From the IMG/VR virus record IMGVR_UViG_3300038345_000144: 64,000 nucleotides of DNA; one strand, written 5' to 3'. Positions 1 through 8,292 of the stretch are shown here, piece after piece; the first letter of the stretch is position 1; each line of letters opens with the position of its first letter. This DNA is from a virus (lineage: Duplodnaviria > Caudoviricetes). A program made the translations under genes and the position numbers. The notes beneath the pieces are model-generated. The model was given only the letters and a program-made list of their open reading frames with translations. It did not search any database and was not told where the DNA came from.

Positions 1-259
1 GGAACCTCATTACCTCACCCTCGACAGTTGCCGACTTGGTATAAGCCTTATTATGAAAGTGTCCGTTGTAGTACATAGCCCAAGCGACACGGGATTGAAC
101 AGGCTTCTGACCATTAGATATATAGTTCATCTGACGGGATAAGTTAACCTCGTCACTATATTCGTGGAAGTCATCGTGAAGTTCCGTAACAATGTCTCTG
201 TCAACAATAGGCTTTTCAATAATTTCTTTTTCTTCTGTAATTTTCTTTCTACGAGCCAT
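1..259 (-). CDS. gyrA: Type II topoisomerase subunit A (GyrA/ParC-like), N-terminal part, runs off window
   Basis: ATG at 259 just after the subunit B stop; reads MARRKK...NGQKPVQSRVAWAM...YTKSATVEGEVMRF, matching the GyrA/ParC DGLKPVxRR and KSARxVG motifs. Confidence 0.85.
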   Translation of the reverse strand, partial: MARRKKITEEKEIIEKPIVDRDIVTELHDDFHEYSDEVNLSRQMNYISNGQKPVQSRVAWAMYYNGHFHNKAYTKSATVEGEVMRF

Positions 260-261
260 AA

Positions 262-2229
262 TTACTCCTCCGTTGCTGAACCATCGTACTCAACCGAGCC
301 GTGATAGAGGTAATCCTTACGAGCGTAAGCATTACTACCCTTAACTAACTCTAACCACTCTTCAAACTCTTGTTCGTCCTTAACTACCAAACGCTTCAAG
401 TTACGAGTAGCAGGGTTAACCAACTGGTCATAAGTGTCGTCCTGTGACATTTCACCAAGACCCTTTGCTCTGGCAACTGTATATTTCTTACTCTTGTTCT
501 TTTCTCTCCACTTGTTGAGTTCTGCATCGTTCTGGAAGAGAATATACTCACCATTAGGGAAAGTAACCTTATACAACGCACCATATACACGATAGATATA
601 GCCGTTATATATAAGTTCAGGGCAAATTCTGTGGAATACCGTGATAAGAAGCATAGCAATATCAGAACCGTCGGCATCAGCGTCCGTTGTAATGATAATC
701 TTGCTATATCTCAACTTCTTTTCGTCAAAGATAAGTCTAACGGCATTACCGTCTTCCATACTCAAACCGAGAGACTTAATAATAGCCATAACCTCACCAT
801 TCTGCAAAATCTTTGAGGCAGAAACATCTTTACAGTTAAGTATCTTACCTCTAATAGGGAATGATGCTTGGAAAGAACTGTCCTTAACAGCGTTGATAGA
901 CCCTACGGCAGAGTCACCCTCGCAAATCATAAGTTCGCACTTACTTCTATCACGCTTGTCCTTTGGATATGCGTCAGAAAGTTTTGTAGGAAGGTCAGTA
1001 AAGAGAGCCTTTGCACCCTTACCCTTCTTAACTTCACGCATCTTCTCACGGATTTTCTTGACTTCCTCTTCTTCTTTTCTCTGCTGAAGAGCCTTTTCTG
1101 TCATCATCTTGAGGCAGTCCTGATTATTACATAACCAAGTAGCAAAGTCACCACCGATAACGGCATTGATGATAGAAGCGTCAATATCGTCAACGATAGA
1201 CTTATTCTGTGCCTCGTATCTAACAGAAGCGGTTGTCATATTAAATACTACATATAATCCCTTTGAAACTTCGCTGAATGTGAAATTTTTATCCGACTTC
1301 TTGAGTAATCCCAAATCGGTTGCACACTTATTAACGGCTCTTACAAATGATGTCTTGAAAGCACCCAAGTGAGCACCACCAACAGTCGCACCGAGATTTA
1401 CGAAAGCCTCGATATGCTCATCATAGTTAGCAACCATAGTGATACAAATATTGAGAGAGTCGTCACCCATAGTTCTATTAGTAATGAACCTCTGTGGGAA
1501 TACCTCGTTATGTTCAACTTTCTTTGATACATACGCAGGCAATCCCTCTGGTTCGTGGAATACCTCTGTTGTACCATCGTGCGTATATTCAATTGTAAGG
1601 TTAGGACAGAACGCACAAGTCGGAGCAAACCAAGACTTGAGTGCATATACATTAGGAACATTCTCATTAAAGAATTGAGGGTCAGGAGACCAAGTAACTT
1701 CTGTACCTGAAGGTCTCTTTTTCTTACCAACTTCCCTCTTCTTGAGAAGTCCGTCCACAAAATCAAGTGACTCATACTCTCCGTCTCTATAAGAAGTTAC
1801 ATTTAACTTCAAGGAGAGCCAGTTAGCCAGTTTTGCACCGATACCGTTAAGACCGAGGGCAGAACCAGCATATACGCCGTTGTCTGTGGACTTACCTGAT
1901 GTGTTAATCGTATCAAACGACCTCTGCAAGATTGTCTTACCGTCTTTCATCGGCTCACCAGTCTTACGGTCAATACCTGGGTCGTTGATGATAAATCCTT
2001 GTCCATTATCCTTAACGGAATAAACATTATTTTTAGTATCAGAACTAACCGTAATGTGGTCGCCGTTACCGATAATGTGTTCGTCAATGGAGTTCGCAAC
2101 AATCTCTTTAATTAAGTTTGTGTTGTCTTTTGCTGAACCAAGATAAGTAGACGGTGCTCGTCTTGTGTACTCTCTTGGGTCTTCTTGATAAATACTTGAG
2201 TTGTCATAAGAATGTTTTACTTCACCCAT
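262..2229 (-). CDS. gyrB: Type II topoisomerase subunit B (GyrB/ParE-like)
   Basis: GHKL motifs EIVANSIDE, DNGQG, GLNGIG; TOPRIM motifs EGDSA, PIRGKILN, DADADG, KGLGEM. Confidence 0.95.
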   Translation of the reverse strand: MGEVKHSYDNSSIYQEDPREYTRRAPSTYLGSAKDNTNLIKEIVANSIDEHIIGNGDHITVSSDTKNNVYSVKDNGQGFIINDPGIDRKTGEPMKDGKTILQRSFDTINTSGKSTDNGVYAGSALGLNGIGAKLANWLSLKLNVTSYRDGEYESLDFVDGLLKKREVGKKKRPSGTEVTWSPDPQFFNENVPNVYALKSWFAPTCAFCPNLTIEYTHDGTTEVFHEPEGLPAYVSKKVEHNEVFPQRFITNRTMGDDSLNICITMVANYDEHIEAFVNLGATVGGAHLGAFKTSFVRAVNKCATDLGLLKKSDKNFTFSEVSKGLYVVFNMTTASVRYEAQNKSIVDDIDASIINAVIGGDFATWLCNNQDCLKMMTEKALQQRKEEEEVKKIREKMREVKKGKGAKALFTDLPTKLSDAYPKDKRDRSKCELMICEGDSAVGSINAVKDSSFQASFPIRGKILNCKDVSASKILQNGEVMAIIKSLGLSMEDGNAVRLIFDEKKLRYSKIIITTDADADGSDIAMLLITVFHRICPELIYNGYIYRVYGALYKVTFPNGEYILFQNDAELNKWREKNKSKKYTVARAKGLGEMSQDDTYDQLVNPATRNLKRLVVKDEQEFEEWLELVKGSNAYARKDYLYHGSVEYDGSATEE

Positions 2230-2326
2230 TTAACTTTATATCCTTTCACTAATTTTTACGTTTTTAATTAAAAGTCATTTTGTTACAAATGTCAATAGTT
2301 AATTTATTTTTTTGAAAATGGGACAG

Positions 2327-2366
2327 AAAAAGAACTCACAGGTCAATACAAAGACTGACCCGTGAG
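2327..2366 (-). terminator. Intrinsic terminator
   Basis: CTCACGGGTCA/TGACCTGTGAG stem followed by a U-tract on the minus strand, just after the HD gene. Confidence 0.6.
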
Positions 2367-2373
2367 CCTATAA

Positions 2374-2970
2374 TTATACTTCGTTCCAGTCATCCAATTC
2401 CTTGATGTTCTTACGGCTTGCTATATAGTCAGCGATGTGAACCAACTTCTCGAAATCCGTTCTCGGCTTTGAGAGAGCCTTCTGCGGATTACCAGCCTTC
2501 TCGCCATAAGTATCAACGCACCACTTACCCATATGTGAGTAAATAGCGTCTGTAATCATATTAACCTTGAGGTCATCAATACCTGCTTCGGTCAAATGCT
2601 CTCTGACGAAATCACTTGCAAGTCTTGGATGCTCGAATACTGTGTGTGTTGAATATGTGCCGTCCTCGGCTACATAACCACTCTTCAAACAATCGTGGAA
2701 GAGGCAAGCGACCCTAACGATGTCTCTGTTAGCAGGGTTATCCCTAACAAACATTTCTGATGTTACGAGGTCATCACCGAACTTTGTAACCATAAGGGAG
2801 TGTCTTACAAGACCACCCTCACCCAAATCACATTCGGGGTGGTACTTACCTGATGATGATGCTGGTACGAGCCAGAAGTAGAACGGAATGTCCTCTACCA
2901 TCTTCAAGCAAGCCTCACGCAGAGCCTCGTCGTTAATACGCTTTACCGCTTCAATAAATTCGTTCTTCAT
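2374..2970 (-). CDS. HD-domain phosphohydrolase
   Basis: ASSSGKYHP, GGLVRHS, FHD, EHP, HMGKW, HIADYIASR motifs typical of phage HD proteins. Confidence 0.85.
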   Translation of the reverse strand: MKNEFIEAVKRINDEALREACLKMVEDIPFYFWLVPASSSGKYHPECDLGEGGLVRHSLMVTKFGDDLVTSEMFVRDNPANRDIVRVACLFHDCLKSGYVAEDGTYSTHTVFEHPRLASDFVREHLTEAGIDDLKVNMITDAIYSHMGKWCVDTYGEKAGNPQKALSKPRTDFEKLVHIADYIASRKNIKELDDWNEV

Positions 2971-3010
2971 TTATATAATTTCCTTTCAAATAAAATACAG
3001 TGTTATGTTA

Positions 3011-3268
3011 TTATACCACAAACTTGTTCCATAGGTTAGTCACTTGTGCTACTATCCACTTACCAATACTTAAAAGACTTGGTAATGAATAACCAAAGCA
3101 ACCACAAATGAACACGATTAAGATATAACCTGCCGCTATCTTGAGGCAATCCTTGATTTTCACTTTACCTACAAAGTGTGCAATACCCAAGATGCAGGCT
3201 AATATAATCATATTAGTTGGCATTGATACTACACAATCAATTAAGTTTTGAAGTAATGTGCTTAACAT
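3011..3268 (-). CDS. Small membrane protein
   Basis: Two hydrophobic segments; RBS AGGAG upstream. Confidence 0.6.
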   Translation of the reverse strand: MLSTLLQNLIDCVVSMPTNMIILACILGIAHFVGKVKIKDCLKIAAGYILIVFICGCFGYSLPSLLSIGKWIVAQVTNLWNKFVV

Positions 3269-3291
3269 CTTAAATCTCCTTCGTTAGTTTT

Positions 3292-3624
3292 TTACTTGGC
3301 TTTCTTTATCAATTTAGCCTTTTGTAATGCTTCTTCAACTGCTTGCAATTCTTTCATACACTTCAGTACGCTTTCGGTGTACTTGATTGCCTTGTCAAAT
3401 TCCTCGTCCGTCAGAGACATATTGCTCATCGGAAGAACAATCTTTGCTCGTTTCTTTGAGTCAATTTCAATCTTATATACTCCGTCAGCACCCCTACTAC
3501 CAATCTCGATGGTGTTCTTGGCTGTTGGCGTAGCATACCAAGTGTTTGATGGCACTTTCTTATTAGCAAAAGCCGTAATGTTCTGTGCCAATTCCTTTGT
3601 CTCGTCCGTAATACCAGTAGTCAT
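3292..3624 (-). CDS. Hypothetical protein
   Basis: 110 aa ORF with GAGG RBS, co-directional with neighbours. Confidence 0.6.
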   Translation of the reverse strand: MTTGITDETKELAQNITAFANKKVPSNTWYATPTAKNTIEIGSRGADGVYKIEIDSKKRAKIVLPMSNMSLTDEEFDKAIKYTESVLKCMKELQAVEEALQKAKLIKKAK

Positions 3625-3686
3625 TGTAATTTACCTCGCTTTTATTATTTATTAGTATAGTACGGAACGGCAAACCGTGTAGTGTT

Positions 3687-4139
3687 TTATCCTAACTGTC
3701 CTAATGATACCACAGGGGCAGTCCAATTATTGGGACAGATGAGCATAAAAGTCAACACAGTTATACCAAATTCAAGCGGTAGCATCGCTGGTATCTTCTC
3801 AACCCTGCTTTTACTCTTTTGAGTGGTTCTGTATAAGAGTGCATAAGCCAGAAAACACGCAATCAATGTTATCGCTAAAATCTTACTATTTACTATTATA
3901 ATTAAATAGCCCATCACGAAAAGGTACAGTATATCAATCGGGAAATCCTTAATTTTAGCCAAAACAATAACTACTAATCCCAACAATAGCGTATAGTCCA
4001 CTAAACAGGACACACTAATGTAATTGATTAGTAGTAACCAAATCGGAATTTCCTGATATTTTAGGTCATATACCGCTACCATTATTGATGATAGCAGTAA
4101 TATGCCTAATAAAACAAATTTGATAACAGTCATCATCAT
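3687..4139 (-). CDS. Prepilin peptidase-like (A24 family) membrane protein
   Basis: Polytopic; AVYDLKYQEIP matches the A24 first-Asp motif; C-terminal KIPAMLPL resembles xIPFxPxL; second Asp possibly in FPID. Confidence 0.6.
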   Translation of the reverse strand: MMMTVIKFVLLGILLLSSIMVAVYDLKYQEIPIWLLLINYISVSCLVDYTLLLGLVVIVLAKIKDFPIDILYLFVMGYLIIIVNSKILAITLIACFLAYALLYRTTQKSKSRVEKIPAMLPLEFGITVLTFMLICPNNWTAPVVSLGQLG

Positions 4140-5182
4140 TTCAATAATGCGTCAGAATGTTCTCCAATATAGATTTTCTGCGGGATTTGTGCGTAGAATA
4201 GCGTATTATCCTGCATTACAGAGAGGAACCTCTTGGCATCATCAGTATTGAAGTAGCCTTGTTCTGTAAAAGTATAAACTCTATTCTTACTGTCAGCGAT
4301 GAACTTCTTGTAGAATTCATCAATCTTGTCAGCAAGGATTTGTTCATTTTCTTTAGAGAAATCAAGTTCCATATACTTCTTCTTACCGATAGGAGTAATG
4401 AGATAACCCTTTGAAATCTCTGTATTAAGTTCCTGCTCCATACCCCACTTATACAAAATCATAGAACCCAAATAACCGTCAAATGTTACATATTCAGGCT
4501 TTGGATTACCAGTCTTGTAGTCAAGGATAACTGGACCGACCTCATCACGATAGTCAATACGGTCTGCTACATAGGAAACGGCACAAGGGAGTGTATAGCC
4601 AATAGACTTGACATATAACTTCTCTCTGCCTCTATGCTCCGTTGAACATTTGAGTTTTGCGTCCTCAAGAATGTCCTTCGGGTGCAGATAGTCCTTAATA
4701 TCGTAATATCCCTTAACAAAACTCTCAAGTTTCTCTCTGTCCTGACCAGGTGCTATAACCTCGTCTAAAATCTCAAAGAGTTTGCTTCTATGTCTTTCAT
4801 CAGCAGGGAGATTATAGTAAATTTCCATAATCTTGTGGAACGCAGTACCTAAAGCGGTAGCGTCATTGACCTGCTCGGTAAAGAAATTCTGCATCAACAA
4901 AAGGGCGGGGTTAGTCATATAACCAGAGAGAAAACTCGGTGAGAAGTAATCTCCGCTAAATCTATTCAATAGAGACTGAATGGAAGAACCATAGCCCTGA
5001 TAGATAGCAACATTTCTGGTCTGATGCTTATTGTTGTACGCCTTTACGAGTTTCTGAATGAGTAATTCACAATCAGTAAAAAGTGCTGATGCGTCCAATG
5101 TCTTGTTGTTAATTTTAGCAACATAAGTTAAGAGGTAGTCTTTACCTTCTTCTGTAATAATCTGGTCTCTAATATCGCCCAT
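4136..5182 (-). CDS. PD-(D/E)XK nuclease (RecB/AddB-like)
   Basis: FSPS, LGTAFHKIME, ADRID, ILDYKTG motifs. Confidence 0.8.
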   Translation of the reverse strand: MGDIRDQIITEEGKDYLLTYVAKINNKTLDASALFTDCELLIQKLVKAYNNKHQTRNVAIYQGYGSSIQSLLNRFSGDYFSPSFLSGYMTNPALLLMQNFFTEQVNDATALGTAFHKIMEIYYNLPADERHRSKLFEILDEVIAPGQDREKLESFVKGYYDIKDYLHPKDILEDAKLKCSTEHRGREKLYVKSIGYTLPCAVSYVADRIDYRDEVGPVILDYKTGNPKPEYVTFDGYLGSMILYKWGMEQELNTEISKGYLITPIGKKKYMELDFSKENEQILADKIDEFYKKFIADSKNRVYTFTEQGYFNTDDAKRFLSVMQDNTLFYAQIPQKIYIGEHSDALLK

Positions 5183-5517
5183 TAAGAAAACACCCTTTCT
5201 ATAATCTGTTCGTCAGGTTCAAAAATAAAATCTGACTCTATTTCGGCATTATTACTATCATACTGGGTTTCAAACCATTTGTAAAGGGCAACAATGTCGT
5301 GGTTTGTAAGCAATCTGTTAGGTGTGAGTAAGACTTTACCGTACTTATTCTGTCTGTTTATCAGCCAAGTTATACGGTTAATCTTGAACTCCTTAAACTC
5401 CTTATTGAGTCTCTTTCTTGTCACCTCATCGTGAATTTCGTGGTTATTGAGTTTGTCCTCGGCAGTAGCCTTTTCACGCTCATTACCTACATACTTAAAT
5501 TCTGCTACATAAATCAT
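5182..5517 (-). CDS. Hypothetical protein coupled to RNAP genes
   Basis: Start and stop overlap with both neighbours. Confidence 0.6.
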   Translation of the reverse strand: MIYVAEFKYVGNEREKATAEDKLNNHEIHDEVTRKRLNKEFKEFKINRITWLINRQNKYGKVLLTPNRLLTNHDIVALYKWFETQYDSNNAEIESDFIFEPDEQIIERVFS

Positions 5518-6515
5518 ACTTTCTTCGCTCCCTTGTATCTGTCGGTGGCAATCTCGGTCTTAACAGAGTTAGCCTCAAATGTTCCTGCTACAAGCAACTT
5601 CTCGAAAGACTGCTGTGTAGGTTTATAGATAAACGCTCCAAACTTATCACCCTGCTGGAGGAAAGATGTCTGTAAAGCGGCGAACTTACCGTTTCTCCAT
5701 CTTGAGAGTAAGGCAACTTCGTAAAATCTTGACTCAACTCCTACATTACCAATCTGGTCGATAATTTCCTGTATCTTTTCCTTTGCTTCAGCGATATTCT
5801 TAATCTTCGGTATCTTCTGCTCAAGCAATACATTGATACGCTCGGAGGTTCCCTTGTTCATAGCATCCAAAGCACCCTGCGTAGCGTACTCTGTAATCAT
5901 ATAAGTAGCCCATTCGCCAATGTTGATAGGTACGAAGGTAGAGTCCCATTCTCTTCTGTAAAGACCAGCACACTTCGCACAGAAATGTCTGATACCGTGA
6001 GTACAAGTAAGGAAGTTACGAATGTGGATAGTACCACGCTTCGGAAGTTCGGAGTAGTCCTCAACATAACGGTCCAACTCCATAACCCAGTGGTTCCTTA
6101 TCTTGTAGTTGAAAGTATCTTCATCAACTGGCATCTTGAACTCAACGCCTTCGCTCTTGCAGTCGGCAATATCAATGCTCATACCGTCACAAGAACTTGC
6201 CAGTTTTTTCCAGAAGTAACCAGAAGCCGTAATATCCGTAACATTAGCGGAAATTACCTGCTTCATAAACTTATTTGACTCTTCCTCGGAGTAATTGTCA
6301 GTTCTTCTGTTAACAGAGTTGGCAATATCTTTTGTGTTACCAGTAAACTCGGTGATGTTCTCAATTTTCTTCATAGAAGTCTTGTTCTTCTCACCAAAAG
6401 CCTTTGCAAAGTCGCCTACATTCGGGATGTAGCACTTGGTAAACATAGCCATTCTGTCTGCATTGTACTGTTCTAAATACTCGTCACGACTTACTCTTTT
6501 AAGTTTTTTAGCCAT
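5514..6515 (-). CDS. rpoC: RNA polymerase beta-prime-like subunit, C-terminal part
   Basis: TASGYFWKKL ~ bridge helix TAxSGYLTRRL; IRNFLTC...CAKCAG ~ Zn site; NIGEWATYMITEYATQ ~ trigger helix AVGxxAAQSIGEPGTQ. Confidence 0.8.
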   Translation of the reverse strand: MAKKLKRVSRDEYLEQYNADRMAMFTKCYIPNVGDFAKAFGEKNKTSMKKIENITEFTGNTKDIANSVNRRTDNYSEEESNKFMKQVISANVTDITASGYFWKKLASSCDGMSIDIADCKSEGVEFKMPVDEDTFNYKIRNHWVMELDRYVEDYSELPKRGTIHIRNFLTCTHGIRHFCAKCAGLYRREWDSTFVPINIGEWATYMITEYATQGALDAMNKGTSERINVLLEQKIPKIKNIAEAKEKIQEIIDQIGNVGVESRFYEVALLSRWRNGKFAALQTSFLQQGDKFGAFIYKPTQQSFEKLLVAGTFEANSVKTEIATDRYKGAKKV

Positions 6516-6984
6516 TCTTTTTATCCTCTATCTTTGCGGTGGTTTCGTCTGTTTTATCTGCAATACATACAAGCACAGTGTCGTCTGCCAAATAAAGCGT
6601 TAACTCATTACCGTCGATAACCATACTCGCATTATCGCTGTTGTTATCGAATACAATGATATACTCTACGGCAGTCTCACTCTGGGGCTTTTCACCTTCC
6701 TCAAGTTGTCTCTTTTCGTAAGTACCGTGTTCCTGCGACACTACTTCTCCGTCAACCTTAATGCCAATGTCAATGTCCTTCTTTCCTAACTGGACGATTA
6801 CTTCAGCATTTTGAGCAAGATTTGTTCGATAAATAGTCTTGGTGGGTTTCAAGAGCAAGATAGTGGCAAATATGATAATACCGATAACCAATATAGCAAA
6901 GAATACTACATTGGAGTTAATCGGAGGCATATTACCCTTCTTGGCGGGCTTTTTCTTTGTCTCGGTCTTTTTCTCTTCAGCCAT
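6508..6984 (-). CDS. Membrane-anchored hypothetical protein
   Basis: Single N-terminal TM segment; sits between the RNAP beta-prime halves. Confidence 0.65.
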   Translation of the reverse strand: MAEEKKTETKKKPAKKGNMPPINSNVVFFAILVIGIIIFATILLLKPTKTIYRTNLAQNAEVIVQLGKKDIDIGIKVDGEVVSQEHGTYEKRQLEEGEKPQSETAVEYIIVFDNNSDNASMVIDGNELTLYLADDTVLVCIADKTDETTAKIEDKKNG

Positions 6985-6987
6985 AGA

Positions 6988-8292
6988 TTACTCCTTTGTT
7001 GCCATCATTTGGGCTGTTATTATCCATTCTACATACTCAAACTCTTCGAGCAATCTGTTACGGATGCTGGAGTTTGAACCCTCGATATAGTTATGACTCG
7101 GTAACAACTTCTCTGCTTCCTTACAAGCCTTCTTTGTGTAAAGAGCAATAACATTAAGCGTGTCACCGTCAACATCTGCGGCGAGTCCGTCATAGATGAT
7201 AGGATTTGTCTGGATAACATACTTCTCGTCATCATCAGCAGAGAAATATGGTATCATTCCCATAATGGACTTTGCACCAATTGTAGGTTGGCGGTTCAAA
7301 AGAACATAATAATGTCCATCTTCCAAAATCTTGTTAACCTTATCAATGTCGGTCTTACCTGTTGTCTTATCCGTACAATCAGCGTAAATCTTCGGATAAA
7401 GTGTCTTAATGAACCAACTACCAATGACAATCTTATCTTCAGGCAAACGGCAGTTATTTGTCATAACGGCTCTAATCATACCTGTCTGGGGCTGTCCCCT
7501 CAACTCATTGGCGATGATGTTTCTCTTGTTCTTGGCAAGTATCTGGAACAAAGACTTATACAACTTCTCAAGGGTTGCACAAGTGACATATCTGATGTTC
7601 AACTCGTTAATCTTTGTCAGTCTGCTGTTTACAGAGAACTTATCATACTTGAGTTTCTGTCTGATAATCTTGATATATAACTGGTTCAACTGTCCGAGGA
7701 ACCTCTTACCATTCTGGAAAGTAATCTTTCTGAATGATGTGTGAGGGATAGCGATGAGCCTGTGAGTGTTTCTCTCATACCACTTACGGATGTCCTCCGA
7801 GTCCTCGATATAGAACAGAGCGTCCTTACCGTAGAGAATACGGTCTTCCTCGTAGATGGACATATCCTTCTTGAGGTCAAACTCAACAATCTGGTCTTCT
7901 TCGTCTCCCTTTCCCTTATAGATAAACCACTTATAGTATAAGAGGTTATACATCATATCCATTGTTGCTTTGTCGAAATCAAATTCGTCATCGCAGTTCC
8001 AGTCAAAGACCCAGTTAGGGAGGTCAAAGCCAAACTTTACATAGAAGTTAGGCATCCTTCTCTTATCAAGAACACGGCAACCACAGGCTTCACAGATACC
8101 AGGTCTGGTCAAAAGACCGCACTTACAGTGTCCAAACTTACCGAATATTTTTTCGGAGAAGATACCTTCCTCGTCAAAAAGATATTCACCAGTTACGCTG
8201 TCCTTAATCTTACGAGCCTGAAAAACCTTATCTGAAGTAACTTCATTCATAGGGTTTTCTTTAATCTTAATCGGCTTCACTGTTATCTTCAT
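6988..8292 (-). CDS. rpoC: RNA polymerase beta-prime-like subunit, N-terminal/catalytic part
   Basis: GIFSEKIFG, CKCG..CEACG Zn finger, LNRQPTI, catalytic AADVDGD (cf. NADFDGD). Confidence 0.9.
   Translation of the reverse strand: MKITVKPIKIKENPMNEVTSDKVFQARKIKDSVTGEYLFDEEGIFSEKIFGKFGHCKCGLLTRPGICEACGCRVLDKRRMPNFYVKFGFDLPNWVFDWNCDDEFDFDKATMDMMYNLLYYKWFIYKGKGDEEDQIVEFDLKKDMSIYEEDRILYGKDALFYIEDSEDIRKWYERNTHRLIAIPHTSFRKITFQNGKRFLGQLNQLYIKIIRQKLKYDKFSVNSRLTKINELNIRYVTCATLEKLYKSLFQILAKNKRNIIANELRGQPQTGMIRAVMTNNCRLPEDKIVIGSWFIKTLYPKIYADCTDKTTGKTDIDKVNKILEDGHYYVLLNRQPTIGAKSIMGMIPYFSADDDEKYVIQTNPIIYDGLAADVDGDTLNVIALYTKKACKEAEKLLPSHNYIEGSNSSIRNRLLEEFEYVEWIITAQMMATKE

Noticed and set aside
4136-5182. 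Possible Cas4 or adaptation gene
   Set aside because: PD-(D/E)XK nuclease without the Cas4 C-terminal cysteine cluster; far from the cas operon; no cas1
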